A DNA stretch of 64,000 nt from Heptranchias perlo (GCF_035084215.1 NC_090359.1:12276001-12340000), one strand, 5' to 3'; positions 23,654 through 37,871 are shown, counted from the stretch's first letter. Translations and numbers: made by a program. The notes: generated from the letters alone by a model not told the origin.

Positions 23654-25651
23654 TTGACCATAATGGACCAAATTGTCAATTGGTGGATCTGCCCCCATCC
23701 CATCGGTTATGGTCACTGATCGTGACGGTTCAAAGATCCAGAACCACAGGTTTAATTGTTGTTTGCGGGTCAGTGTCTTTGAATAATTCTGGATGGATCC
23801 GTGTGTTGGTTATTTGGCAAGTAGCTGCGGGTTTGAGGCAACATCCAAACAGATCAGAGCCTGTGAACAGCAACCAACAGCGAGTCAGGCGAATGGAAAG
23901 TGGGTGTGATGAACGTGTTAAACACAAGTCCTTCAATACTCCATCAATTCTAGGGTCAGTGAGCATCTGTACACACATCGGCTGGAAAGTGAAGGGGGCC
24001 ACGGCATGTTGAGTTCTTGTTTTGTCATCATGACATTTTACAAACAATAAAATGCAGAGCACTCCACGGGGAAGAGACTGTGGACCATTGACTGAAGGGA
24101 TTTGGGGTGGGGGGGCGGGTTTGTTGTTGGGAGGGATTGCGGTGAGAGGCAAACACTGTGTGTAGTGTTGGTTGTATATACAGTGAGCGACAGTGGTGAA
24201 CAGACTATCTGGTATTTCCTGGGTTTGGTAATCCCTTGTTTCAATGATTAATCTCTTGTACTTTTTGGACAGTCAAACACCAAGTGGAAAGAGTCGAGTG
24301 GTGAATTTTCTCATTAGAAAGGGGAGTTACTGATATTTCCCTAAATCCGGTCAGGGAAGGATGGGGCCCCGTGGATATTTTGTGTTCCAGATCACATCAG
24401 AATACTGTCGGATCAACAACAAACAGCAGGCTAAAAAAAAATCAAAGGTGGAACCTAGTGAAGGAAAGATGAAGCAACGAAAAGTGGGGTCGATGGACTG
24501 ATCCGATCATATGATCCCTGTGTGAGAATAACCTGAACATCACTGGTGCAAACTCAGTTAAAGCTTTAAACAGACCAAGTAGTTGGTGGCTTAGCCTTTA
24601 ATTAGATGGCTCTATTCTCCAACTCTTCAGTAGACTTACAAGTGGCAGTTTTGGCAATTAGGATCTAGTGTTATTTGGTCCCAGGCCACATAAGATTACA
24701 CAAAGATTGTATTCGCAAGGAGAGGGGAATGGGGCAAGAACTGTTTAATGAAACAGAATCCAGCAAGGGAAACTTAGAGGGGCTCTTAGATTTGCAACAG
24801 CAAATGGAAGTATTTTAGAGGCTATGGGGTAGAGGATATAAAAGGTGCATGAGGTGAACAGAGACTGGAAAATAAAAATTGAGATTGAAACAAATAGCAG
24901 GAGCTGGACCAAAGTTCTGCACAGGAAGAAAAAGATGGGCTGAAGAGAAGGAGGAAAGAGCCAGGTAACCCTAGCAGGAACAATTGGAGATTTGGTCTTA
25001 CTTTGCTCCAGGATTTTTGTAACTACTTAAATTTGAATACCTGCTTCAGGGAACACTTCCCTCATGTCCTACAATGGACAAGTCAGCAGCAATGTGTGGG
25101 GTTGTTTATTCAGAAGGTTAATTACTGTAATCACCATTGATGCCCACATCCCATGAACAAATAGTAATAAAAAAATGCACACTCTCCAAAAGGGATTCAA
25201 GCCTATGTGGAGGAAGAGGTCTTACTGTAATCAGATTACACTTTAATCTCTACTACAGAACACCAAATATTGAAAGCTGTTAGGTACAAATCTAATTTTG
25301 GCCTGATGGCCATCCTGGGCTGCTACAAAACCAAATTAAGCCTTCTGGAGGGGAAGGGGTTAAAACATCCATGTGCCCAAACAAATCAGATTTTATCACG
25401 GTGAAAACCTATTTCTTAGATTTTTTTTTTTGTTTGACGCAAGGCCACGTGCATTGGTGTTAGAATGTGCTCAATTACTGAAGAAAAGGAACCAGTTCAA
25501 CATCAAAATGTTTTATTTCAGCTGCAAGAACACTCAACTACAATGTTTGGAAGTTAATCTTAGACTTTGAATTCCATTCCCAGTTCAGAGAGATGGCAAC
25601 ATAAAACTTCAATACACAAGTTGAATATCTGCAACATGGACAACAGTCCAG

Positions 25652-27878
<2,227 letters not shown>

Positions 27879-28012
27879 CTTAACTTTTACTGTTAACAGA
27901 AACCTCACTTCAAACACCACTGCATGAAACATGCAGATGGGAGCTTGAGCATTTTGTGACTTGAAAGACTTCCCTCACAAGTTCTTGTATTGAGACTACT
28001 GGGACAGCCTGC

Positions 28013-28147
28013 ATTTAAACCAGGAATGGACAGCACCAATGATGATTGACAATCCCTGATAGCCAATCAGGAATCTTCCCTGAATCCAGGCACCAATTAA
28101 CAAAGGACAGGGCTCTGGGGGAGAGATTGATATCCAGAGCCAATCAG
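28013..28147 (-). promoter_or_regulatory. Ferritin copy 2 promoter: TATA-like TTTAAAT (28019-28013) and four CCAAT boxes (28036, 28063, 28093, 28140)
   Basis: Motifs seen directly; layout parallels the copy 1 promoter. Confidence 0.6.
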
Positions 28148-28855
28148 AGCTTTGCAATACAGACCAGCAAGGCCTTGGAGGTGTTTGTGGCTGGACTGCC
28201 ACTGAGTGGAGTGGAGAGCAGAGAGAGCAGGCCCTTGCCTGGGTCCCTTGGGGAGAAGGAGAAGGAGAAGGAGAAAGAAGGAGAAACCACCATCAACAAG
28301 GAGGGAGGGAGAAGGAGAAAAAGAGCACCAACCAGTGGGAGGAAGAGGTGGTCGGTGCAGTGAGGTGTGTCGGCTGAAGGTAGGGGGAGGAAGAAGACTT
28401 CAGAGGACAGGGGTCCCCCCCAAGTGTCTGGCCCGGGACAGCTGGAGCTGCCTGGGTGAAGTTACTTTCTTTTTCAAATCTTTGGAGGACTGAGCCTAGG
28501 CAGCTCCAGCTGTCTAGGGGAAGACATCTCCTCCCCCTGCCCACCGGAAGACAGGCAGAAGAGGATCCACCTTTTAAGGTGCAACCCCGCCCCTCTTCCA
28601 CCCACTTCTGCAGCAGCCTACCCCTGCAGACTCCCTCCTTCCCATTCTGCCATCCATCCCTCCCACCTTCTCCTGCTCTCTGGGATATTCCCTTGCTCTC
28701 CGGGGTATTCTGGGAATATATAAAAACAACAAAGGGGCCCTCTCCCAACCAAGCACTGGGATTCGGGGAGAGAGGTATCCTCAAGAATTCTTTTAAAAAA
28801 AGGCCAATTTCCATCCAAAGGCCTGAGACTTGGGGTGGGTGTGGCTCTTTAGGTC

Positions 28856-30898
28856 ATGGCTTCACCATCTTCGCCGGTGCCGGGACCCAGCAGGACGTAT
28901 GCGGCGGTTACCTCGGGGGCCGCTCCCACAGTTCGTGCCGCTCCTGCTGGGCCGGCGCCTTTCCGCCTCATTACGAGGAAGCATGGGGTGAAGAGCTACG
29001 CCCACCCCAACATGACCATTGAGGCCTGCGTAAAGGCCATGGCCGAGGTTGTCGGCCCCTCGGCCATCGTCGCGGCCTCAAAAATGTACGGGAGGGCGGT
29101 GTTCTTCCTGAGGTCCGAGCGGGCGGTGTCCCTGGCCCTTAGTAAGGGGCTCACGGTGGGCGGGACCTTCCTGCCGGTGGACCCGCTGGAGGCCACCGCG
29201 CAGCGGGTCATTTTATCTAACGTCCCGCCTTTCCTGTCGGACGAGCTCCTCCTCCCCCACCTACGTCAACTGGGGGAGGTGAGGTCGGGGGTAACGCCGC
29301 TGCCGCTCGGACTCAGGGAGAACAGCCTCCGGCATGTTTACTCCTTCCGTCGCCAGGCATTCGTCAAGCTGGCACGGGAGGAGGTTACGGAGGGGGGCTT
29401 TAACGCCCTCCACGAGGGGACCCCTTACCGCGTCTTTTGGACGGCAGAGGGTGGGCGGTGCCATGCCTGTAAGGAGGTGGGGCACCTGAAGAGGAACTGC
29501 CCTGCCTCTCAGGCCGCCAAAACAGCTACGGCGGCCGGGGCTGGCGCCGCCACCGCTCCTCCCCCCAACCCCGCCCCCGCGTCGGGAGAGTCAACTGCGC
29601 GGGTGGAGGTTGGCGTCGAGGCCTCCGCCAGGGGGGAGGAGGGGAACCCTCGCCAGAGAAAGGCGCAGAGAAAGAGGAAGAATCTAGAGGCTGGTCCCCG
29701 GGACAGAGAAGATCTCAGTCAGCCCGAGGCCGTGACCGCGGCCAGTCAACATCTTGCGGTCGCGACAGAGCCCGGGCTGGCGGGTGATCAGGAGGGAGCG
29801 GAGGCGGGGGTCCCAGCAGACATTGAGTCCCCCCTCCCTCCGCGACCCTCCTGGAAGAAAAAGAGGCACCACTCCCCGGAAGCGAACGGGCTCCCTGCTA
29901 AGGGACGGCCCCCCGTGGAAGGGGAGTCGGTGCCGGTCGCGGATCCTGCGGCCCCGCCCGTGACATCCGAACAGCGGCGGGGGTCATCCACCTCTCGGGG
30001 GGAGGAGATCGTGCCCGTGCCTCCCGGGGGGGATGGAGAGACCCCGCCGATAGGGGGGGTCGCGGATCCGCATTTACCCGACACTACCCTGTTCACCGGG
30101 TCGGGGGTCCTGGGTGCCGGGGTGGGCGAGGCCGTTGCGGCCGAATTCGTCTGCCCCCGGCTCGACCTCTCCCAGGACCTGCTCGACCTGGTGGTGGGTT
30201 TTAACCAGAATATCTCGCCGGCCGGGTCGGTCGTTGGCGACGTGGGTGGGGGGACCCCCTCCTCTCAGTCTCTGGGCTCGGAGCCGGGGGAGGTGGGAGA
30301 ACTTGAGTACACGTTCTCCCCGGTTTCCCCGGGTTCCCCTTATATCCGGGTGCCGGTCTTTCACCGCTCGGTGGCTGGGGAGGGTCCCCGCCCGGCGCCG
30401 CCGTCTGACTCGGACCCCCCGGTGGAGCCCGGGGAGGACTCCTCTGCCGACGATCCTGGGGGTGGGATCGTGGCGGAGGCGGGGCCGGCCGGCGCGGCCG
30501 TCTCGTTCTCAGCACCCTGTGCGGGGGCTGGGTCGGCCGCGGGCGACGATGACCCGGAGGAGGACGGGGACTCGGTGGTGGGCACTGGAGAGGATTTAGA
30601 GTTCGCCGCCAGTGAGGTGGTGGACGCCCTCGTGCCCTGCACCGAGTCTCCCCTCATCCCCGTTGAGGAACTCCGGGATTTTGCGTCCGGTTGGAGCAGT
30701 CGTCGCGATGGCGTCCGGCTGGCCCTCGACCGTTGGTCGGAGCCGGCGCAGTTAATCCGCTCGGTCCTGGCCGCCGTCGCGTCCGTGGCCGCGGAAGGGG
30801 ACGGCGGCGGGGTCGGGCTGCGTCGGCTCAGATCCCTCCTCACCGGGCTCTTGAGGGAGTGGCGGTCGACTAGCGGCCCCGCTCCCTCCGCGCGTTAG
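28856..30898 (+). CDS. Tx1 copy B ORF1 (680 aa, CCHC zinc knuckle, low-complexity C-terminal half)
   Basis: Uninterrupted ORF; VILSNVPPF, CHACKEVGHLKRNC. Confidence 0.9.
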   Translation: MASPSSPVPGPSRTYAAVTSGAAPTVRAAPAGPAPFRLITRKHGVKSYAHPNMTIEACVKAMAEVVGPSAIVAASKMYGRAVFFLRSERAVSLALSKGLTVGGTFLPVDPLEATAQRVILSNVPPFLSDELLLPHLRQLGEVRSGVTPLPLGLRENSLRHVYSFRRQAFVKLAREEVTEGGFNALHEGTPYRVFWTAEGGRCHACKEVGHLKRNCPASQAAKTATAAGAGAATAPPPNPAPASGESTARVEVGVEASARGEEGNPRQRKAQRKRKNLEAGPRDREDLSQPEAVTAASQHLAVATEPGLAGDQEGAEAGVPADIESPLPPRPSWKKKRHHSPEANGLPAKGRPPVEGESVPVADPAAPPVTSEQRRGSSTSRGEEIVPVPPGGDGETPPIGGVADPHLPDTTLFTGSGVLGAGVGEAVAAEFVCPRLDLSQDLLDLVVGFNQNISPAGSVVGDVGGGTPSSQSLGSEPGEVGELEYTFSPVSPGSPYIRVPVFHRSVAGEGPRPAPPSDSDPPVEPGEDSSADDPGGGIVAEAGPAGAAVSFSAPCAGAGSAAGDDDPEEDGDSVVGTGEDLEFAASEVVDALVPCTESPLIPVEELRDFASGWSSRRDGVRLALDRWSEPAQLIRSVLAAVASVAAEGDGGGVGLRRLRSLLTGLLREWRSTSGPAPSAR

Positions 30899-30927
30899 GT
30901 TTAAGTAGGTTGCGCTGTGCTCTTGCC

Positions 30928-32962
30928 ATGGAGATAACCATAGCCAGCCTCAACATCAACGGCGGCAGAGACGCCCGCCGTAGATTTGACAAGTTCTCGG
31001 TCCTGCGGGACGGGAAGTATGCGGTGTGCTTTCTGCAGGAAACCCACACCGTTCCGGGAGACGAGGCCACGTGGATCCTGGAATGGGGAGGGGGGGTCTA
31101 CTTGAGTCACCTCGCCAGCGTTTCGAGCGGGGTGGCCATCTTGTTGGCCCCGACTTTTCAGCCGGAGATCTTGGGGGTCAAGGAGCCGGTGCCGGGCCGC
31201 TTGCTCCACGTAGCCCTTCGCCACGGGGACGTGCCGCTTCACCTGGTGAACGTGTACGCCCCCTGGTCCGGAGCCGAGCAAGTGAGCTTCTTTGAGGAAG
31301 TGTCCACTTACCTAAACTCCGTCGACGCCGGCGAGTGCATTATCCTCGGGGGGGATCTTAACCGTACCCTCGAGGCGAGGGACCGCTCCGGTCCCGCGCG
31401 TGCCCGAACGGCGACGGAGAAGTTGAGGGACCTGGTCGGGTCCTTCGACTTGGTGGACGTCTGGCGGAATCTCCATCCCGACTCCGGCCAGTTCACCTTT
31501 GTGAGGGCCGGAGGGGGGAGCACCAGAATCGACCGCCTGTACGTTTCGCGGGCGTACGCCTCCTGCGTCCCGTCGGCCTCCATCCGGCCGGTGTCGTGCT
31601 CGGACCACCACCTGGTGTGGATGGAGCTCGCTCTGCTCCGCGCCCGGTCGGGGTCCGCGTACTGGCACTTTAACAACCGGCTGCTGGAGGACGCGCGGTT
31701 CCGGGACTCGTTCCGTCTGTTCTGGAGCGACTGGAGAGGGAAGCGGGGAGGCTTCTCCTCCTTGAGGCTATGGTGGGACGTGGGCAAGGCTCACGTCCGC
31801 CTCTTCTGTCAAGAGTACGCGAGGGGGTCGACTAAGAGGCGGGAGTCCGAGGTCAGGCGGTTGGAGCAGGAGGTGCTTGGCCTGGAGTCCCGTCTCGGTC
31901 AGGCCGCCGAGGATCCGGCCCTGCGGCAGGTGTACGAAGAGAGGAAGGACGCTCTGAGGGACCTGCAACTGGTCGGGTCCCGAGGAGCGTACGTGAGGTC
32001 GCGGCTCCAGCTCCCGAACACGGCTCTCCCTTCTTCTACTCGCTGGAAAAGCGGCGGGGGGCCCGTAAGCATCTCCTTACGCTGCTGGCAGACGACGGGT
32101 CCCTCGTCTCGGACCCGGAGGGATTCAGGGCCCGGGCTCGATCTTACTACGAGGCTCGATTCTCTCCGGAGCCGTCCAGTGAGGAAGCGCGCAGAGTTTT
32201 GTGGGAGGACCTGCCAAAGGTCAGCCCGGAGGACGCCGACCGGCTGGACGCTCCGCTGAGTCTGGCTCGGAGGGCTGCTCCTCACAACTTGAGCTGTCTC
32301 GGAAATTCCCTCCGTGCCTTTTCACTCCGCGCGGAGGTATTTCCTGTACGGGCTGCTCCTGCACACACTCCACTTCCTCGCCCTCGTCTCTCGCCCGGAC
32401 ACGCCCTGGCCTGCCGTCCGGCAGAGGCGGGAGTCCCCAGATGGGGGGGCTCTCCACTCGGGGATCCTCCCGTGTTACATCGGGCATCTGGGGTGGAGAG
32501 TGTTGCACGGAGCAGTCGCGTGCAATAGGCGTTTACCCCATTTTACGGACTCCCAGGCCGCCTGCAATTTCTGCGGCCTGGAGGAGTCCGTGTTTCATTT
32601 GTTCACGGGGTGTGGGAGACTGCAGCCCCTGTGATTATTTGGAGGGGCTGCTCCTCAGGTTCTGGCTGCAATTCAGTCCCACGCTCCTGATCTTTGGCCG
32701 CCCGGTGAGGAGGGGGGCGGGCAGGCCGGCGGACGTCCTCGTGGGCCTGTCCAAGGTGGCCATCCACAGGTCCAGGTTGCTTGCGGCCTGTGGGGGCGGT
32801 CGCTCGGACTGTCTGCCTCTCTTCCGCGGAATGCTCCGCGCCCGGGTGGCCCTGGAGATGGAGCACGCGGTGTCTGCCGGTACGCTTGAGGCTTTCCGCA
32901 ACCGGTGGGCACCGCAGGGGCTGGAGTGCATCCTGAACGAGGAAAATAAAATTATAATTTGA
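30928..32962 (+). pseudogene. Tx1 copy B ORF2 remnant (intact EN, frameshifts, about 1.8 kb RT deletion)
   Basis: EN almost identical to copy A up to ~32010; no YADD region; C-terminus split across frames. Confidence 0.9.
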
Positions 32963-33044
32963 AACTGGTTTTGGTTTTTCTTTGGGATTTTTGCACATAA
33001 AAACACCCCAAATCCCCCTCCTTTTAAAAGGGGGGCCTAAAAAA

Positions 33045-33380
33045 TGTCGCTGTTGGGAATGGAAAAAAGTCGCGAAAAAATCCTGGCTGCTAAAAACAGC
33101 AAAAAGGTCACTGCTTTGATGCGATTGGATGTCTTTCAGACTCATCAGAAAAAGAGTAGCTGATAAACCCCCGGCTGCTCTTCCATCCCACACTCCTGAG
33201 CTGAGCGGAGTGGTGAAAATAGTAAAAAACTGTTTTTGATCCAACTCAATGTCTTTCGGATGCTCCTTTCGTTCAATCACTTCCATTGTCCTATTTCATA
33301 AATTTCTAAAAGAAAAAATAAGGAGTCACTGTTGGGATACGATTGGATGTCTTTCAGACAGACCATCAATCCATCCAGGA
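33045..33380 (+). repeat. Stack of short modules separated by A-rich runs, between two Tx1 elements
   Basis: GTCRCTG...GATTGGATGTCTTTCAGA at 33107-33140 and 33323-33358 (partial at 33046); modules shared with 6093-6214 and 23287-23310. Confidence 0.75.
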
Positions 33381-34208
33381 ATCAGCCTGACTGAACTTGC
33401 CAGTTAATACTGCTGAGTGGAGCAGAGGTCAGAGTTAAAGCTCTGGGTGGAGAGCAGGGTGAAAAGAACTAGCCCTTGCTTATATAACTGAATCCAGGAG
33501 AAGGAGAGGAACAAACAACCAACAGGGAGGAAGGAGGAAGAAGACGACCACCATTCACTGAGGGGTGTGCTGCTGCTGACCGATACCATCCAACAGAGGG
33601 GGGGGGGGGGGGAGGAAGAGGAGGTCGGTGCGGTGCAGTGTGACCAACTGAAGGTCGGGGGAGGAAAGATCATACAGAACAGGGGGTTTCCCCCCCAGTG
33701 TCTGGCCCAGGACAGCTGGAGCTGCCTGGGTGAAGTTACTTTTCAATCTGTGGAGGACTGGGCAGCTCCAGCTGTCGAGGGGAAGACATCTCCTCCCCCT
33801 GCCCACCAGAAGATCCACCTGTTAAGGTGCAACCCCACCCCTCTTCCACCCACTTCTGCAGCAGCCCACCCCTGCAGACTCCCTCCTTCCCATTCGACCA
33901 TCCCTCCCTCCCACTATCACGGATATTCTTTTTTACAAAATCCTGCAAAGGAGCCCCTCTCCAAACAGTGGGAATTGGGGAGAGGAGGTTTTCTTTTGCA
34001 AGGCCTTTGTTATTAGTCAGCCTGAGACTTGGGGTGGGTGTAGCTCGATGGAATATGGCGACACCATGTCCGCCGATGGGCACTGCAGGGGCTGGAGAGC
34101 ATCCTGGACAAAAATAATAAAATCTTAATTTGACACTGGTTTTTGGTTTTCTGCACAAACACACCCTAAACCCCCACTAATTATAAAAGGGGGGCCTAAG
34201 AAAAAAAA
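33381..34208 (+). mobile_element. Bipartite non-autonomous Tx1 derivative (5'UTR and first ORF1 codons fused to last ORF2 codons, 3'UTR and A tail)
   Basis: 5'UTR hairpin 33711-33776; ATGGCGACACCATGTCCGCCG joined to TGGGCACTGCAGGGGCTGGAG at about 34075; TATAAAAGGGGGGCCTAA and A tail. Confidence 0.88.
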
Positions 34209-37021
34209 GCAGAGATCAGAGACAGCGGTCACAGTCAGGGCCAGGATCAGGATCAGGACCACCTCAGACTCCACACCTAAAACGGAAGAAGAAACCAATG
34301 GTTAGTGAGTGAAGGAAATATTGAGGGGAAAATGGAAACCAGCAGTCCGCCAACTCACCACCTGGAGACCTCTCCTGCATCCTTTGCTCAACATCATTAA
34401 GGGGCTCAGTTGCCAGGTCTGACACTTCAGGATCCAGAATGACCAGGGGTCCAAGTGAGGCCTCACCCTCCCACTTCAATTCAGCATCACTCCCTGCAAT
34501 ATCAAACATTCCAGTTAGAGAGGGTAAAGGGTGACCTCCAACATAGAGAGGATCCACTGCAGCAACTTTCAGGTGACAGGTGATGAAAATCTGAGGGACA
34601 CATTCAATACAAGTTGTTATTTAGTGACCTCCTCCCAACATGGGGAACCCAATGTTTGGCTTCCTCTTACCAAGGAACGGTCATCTCCAAAGAAGCGGAA
34701 TGCATCCAGGTCAAACTGGAGTTTGTCCAGCTCACGTTCACCTCTTGGCAACACAAAGGTTGAAAAGGAGTCCTCAGCTTTGCTGTCCAGGAGGCAACTG
34801 AAGAAAGATTTAAAAAACAGACAAAGTGAATTAAGTGAACCTTTGGGACATAACCAGCTGGAATAGGCAGAGAGCTCCTTACCCATGGTAGTCAATGATG
34901 TTGTATCTTGGGGTGGAATCCTTGTCTGGGCTCAATGTAGCTGCACAGCTGTCAATGTAGAGCTTCAAGGGCATGTGGTTGGTCATTGAAACAGAGGCCT
35001 CAATGTGAATGAGGTCACCCAGGTAGTAGACAGTCGAGGTGCGCTCTGTAAGCCAATCATCTGAAGTACAAGAGGACAAGGGTTGGAGACAGTGGGTGTA
35101 ACTCCCAGTGGGAGACGACAGAAAAGCACTCCCCATCCACCCATCACATACCGTTCATAAGACACAGTGAGAATGACAGAAGCCCTTCTCCAGACTTGGT
35201 CGAGCTGAATGGGATCCAGGTGGGCTTGATAGGGTCACTGCTCACATTGCCCTTCCTGGAAGGACAGGCGTGTAATTTCAGGACAACTTCAGAGAACTGC
35301 ACCTGCTGTAGACCTCATTTGCAATAGAGTAAAGATTCTTACCTAAAATAGTGGCACTCAATGGGAATGACTGCTCCATTAGTTCTCACAATGACAGATC
35401 CACAAGCATTTGGGGTATGGTTCAGGTGGGTGGTGAAGACCAGGAAATCTCCAGCCATCTGAAAGACATCAGCTTAAGGAATGAAGAGCTGGTCTTATTG
35501 GACAAGAGCTATTTCTGGTCATTTTCCTGCCCTGTTAAACAGCAGTTTGAGGGGTTTTCACTGCTCCTCAATCACACATGATTGAAGCAGCTCCACCATT
35601 GGCAGAAGTTGCCTGCAGCAGCCTCTGTTACTCTGCTCAGTCCACCTTCTATTACAGGGGACTTCAGGCCTGCAGTCAGAAACCCTGAAATGATTGGCAC
35701 AGCCAGATTTGATGAGCATTCTTTCCCAAATAGAATAGAGTTTTCACCTTAAGGGGCTTCAAGTTACCCCTGATAAGGAGCACAAAACACAACATCACTT
35801 TTAAACCTCATCTGTATCCATGGAATCAAGGGGATTGGCAGGTGTAATAACCAAAAGTGGAGTTCCCCTTTAATTCATTGTATCCCAATTATTATTCCAC
35901 TTGTTTCATCTTTCAAGAGAAGTCTCAACAGGAACTTCCACACTGAACATTCATTGACCACAAGTTGAGGCAACAGGCCTGAATATCCACAGGAAGGCAC
36001 AGAAAAGATAAATCAATTGAGGCACAAAAGAACAGAGTGGTTTGGAGAAATGTAGGTGAAGGTTCAAGGTCAATAGAATTGAATCTCAGAGTGAGAGTAG
36101 TAATGACCCATTTAAGAAAGATGCAGTCCCTCAGTGACAATTTGAAGTTCTTTTTAAATATGAAGCTAAGATAGACATGGCAACATAAAGAAGTAGTTTC
36201 ACACAGGGTGATATTTAACAGTGGGCAAGAATTTATACACAGATTTCATTCAGGGATCTCCTCAGTGGCTGGAGTTTCACCCGATGTTAATGAGTTCTGA
36301 GTGGGCAGTAATCTACACAGTGAAATTGGAGCAAGAGTTGAGGAATCACATTACCTGCAATCTGCTGCCACATTCATGGAGCCCATAGTCAAAGAGGACA
36401 GTGTGGTTCTGAGAGTAGATCCCAGTTGGCCAACAACCTGCTGTCCCCAGGGTCAGGTCAGCAGCTTTAATCAGGTGCCTGGTTCTAAATAAATCCATGT
36501 CTACCCTCACCAGCAGGTTCTGCTCTCCACACTGCACCATCACAGTCTGCAGTGGGGACAGACTTCTCCCCTCAGACACACTGAAATGGGAATCAAAGGG
36601 AGGCACAGGGAGAGGGACTCTCTGGGGCACAGGGGTGGGTTTTACTCTTCTCCATGGAAATCTCTGCCCTCTAAACTGTTGCCAAATGTCAGAGCAACAA
36701 ACCACTCCAACTAACACCAGCACCGGGAACAAACCTCTCACCACAAAATCCCCCATGATACCAAACAACTCAACTATCACTTCACCCACCAACCAGCACC
36801 TTTTTTTTTTCTTTTTCTTTTTTTTTCCATGGAAATCTCTGGCCTCTAAACTGTTCCCAAATATCAGAGCAACAAACAGCTCCAACTAACACCGGGACCG
36901 GGACCGGGACCGGGACCGGGACCGGGACCGGGACCGGGACCGGGACCGGGACCGGGACCGGGACCGGGACCGGGACCGGGACCGGGACCGGGACCGAACC
37001 TCTCACCACTAAATCCCCCAT
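34207..37021 (-). pseudogene. zp3: ZP3 copy 2, disrupted (main ATG 36756; extra partial exon 1 upstream; deletion of half of exon 6 through exon 7; exon 9 cut by the Tx1 tail)
   Basis: Exons and introns closely match copy 1; junction gaggatc|cactgc at about 34551; C-terminal codons and stop absent. Confidence 0.9.
36891..36996. repeat. (ACCGGG)n microsatellite, about 17.5 units, inside the duplicated ZP3 signal-peptide sequence
   Basis: Perfect hexamer array; reads (VP)n on the minus strand. Confidence 0.95.
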
Positions 37022-37065
37022 GATACCAAACAACTCAACTATCACTTTCCCCACCAACCAGCACC

Positions 37066-37099
37066 TTTTATACACAACCTGCAGTCAGCTGACTCCAAT
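37066..37099 (-). promoter_or_regulatory. ZP3 copy 2 core promoter: TATAAAA (37072-37066), E-box CAGCTG (37086-37091), CCAAT (37095-37099)
   Basis: Matches the copy 1 promoter. Confidence 0.7.
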
Positions 37100-37136
37100 T
37101 GTCCCAGATGAGGCTAAACGAGAAAACTAGACGAAA

Positions 37137-37450
37137 CTGGAGTGCATCCTGGACCGAAATAATAAAATTATTATTTGACACTTATTTTGGGTTTTTTGGT
37201 TTATTGCACATGAACACACCCTGAACCCCCCCCCCCCCACTACTTATAAAAGGGGGGCCTAAAAACACACAAGGAAAAAGGGGGAAAAAAAGCCTCATTC
37301 TGACTGAACTTCCAGTCGACAAAAAAAACCACCCAAACCCCCCCTTCTTATGAAAGAGGGCCGAAAACACAAGGGAAAAAAATTATTATGACACATATTC
37401 TGGGTTTATTGTTGACTGCACATGAACACACTCGAAGAATAAAAAAACAA
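37137..37450 (+). mobile_element. Cluster of about three Tx1 3'-end stubs plus a short putative Tx1 5'-end piece
   Basis: ctggagtgcatcctggac..hairpin..A tail (37137-37291); tcattctgactgaacttccag (37295-37315); second hairpin ~37338-37362; third 3'UTR piece ~37380-37450. Confidence 0.8.
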
Positions 37451-37799
37451 GGCCTCCGCCGGGGGGGAAGGAGGGCACTCTCGTGGAAAAAAGGCGGGGA
37501 GGAAAATCAAACATCTGGAAGAAGCTTGGCGAAGACATAAAATTAAAGTTGGCGTCAGGGAATTAAACCACGGACGAAGGCGGGGCAACTCACCACGATA
37601 AAAGAGAAAGAAAGAACGAAAGAAAGACAGAGTCAGTTGTTCGTTGTCTAACAAAGAGATGGAAATGTTAAAGGTTCTTTCAACGGTGGCCCGTGGAAAA
37701 TTAAACAAACTGTGATCAAATAAATCGTTGAAAGAAATTCACTGACACATGAAGCATTTTTAACGCCATCTGGGGTGAGTGTAGAATCAATATCGTAGT

Positions 37800-37871
37800 T
37801 CCTCGTTAGTATAGTGGTGAGTATCCCCGCCTGTCACGCGGGAGACCGGGGTTCAATTCCCCGACGAGGAG
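37800..37871 (+). tRNA. tRNA-Asp(GTC)
   Basis: TCCTCGTTAGTATAGTGGTGAGTATCCCCGCCTGTCACGCGGGAGACCGGGGTTCAATTCCCCGACGAGGAG; stems intact, near-canonical vertebrate tRNA-Asp. Confidence 0.95.

Larger units (their letters stand above)
28190..33044 (+). mobile_element. Tx1 copy B: intact ORF1, ORF2 with RT domain deleted
   Basis: Collinear with copy A except for a jump at about 32266 from copy A ~10505 to ~12344; 3' hairpin and short A tail. Confidence 0.93.

Noticed and set aside
23730-24152. 140-aa ORF between the ferritin genes
   Set aside because: No recognisable motif or supporting exon structure
36346-36885. 179-aa ZP3 ORF with a poly-Lys N-terminus suggesting a nuclear isoform
   Set aside because: Poly-Lys is translation of the A tract and the listed start is not an ATG; the real start is 36756
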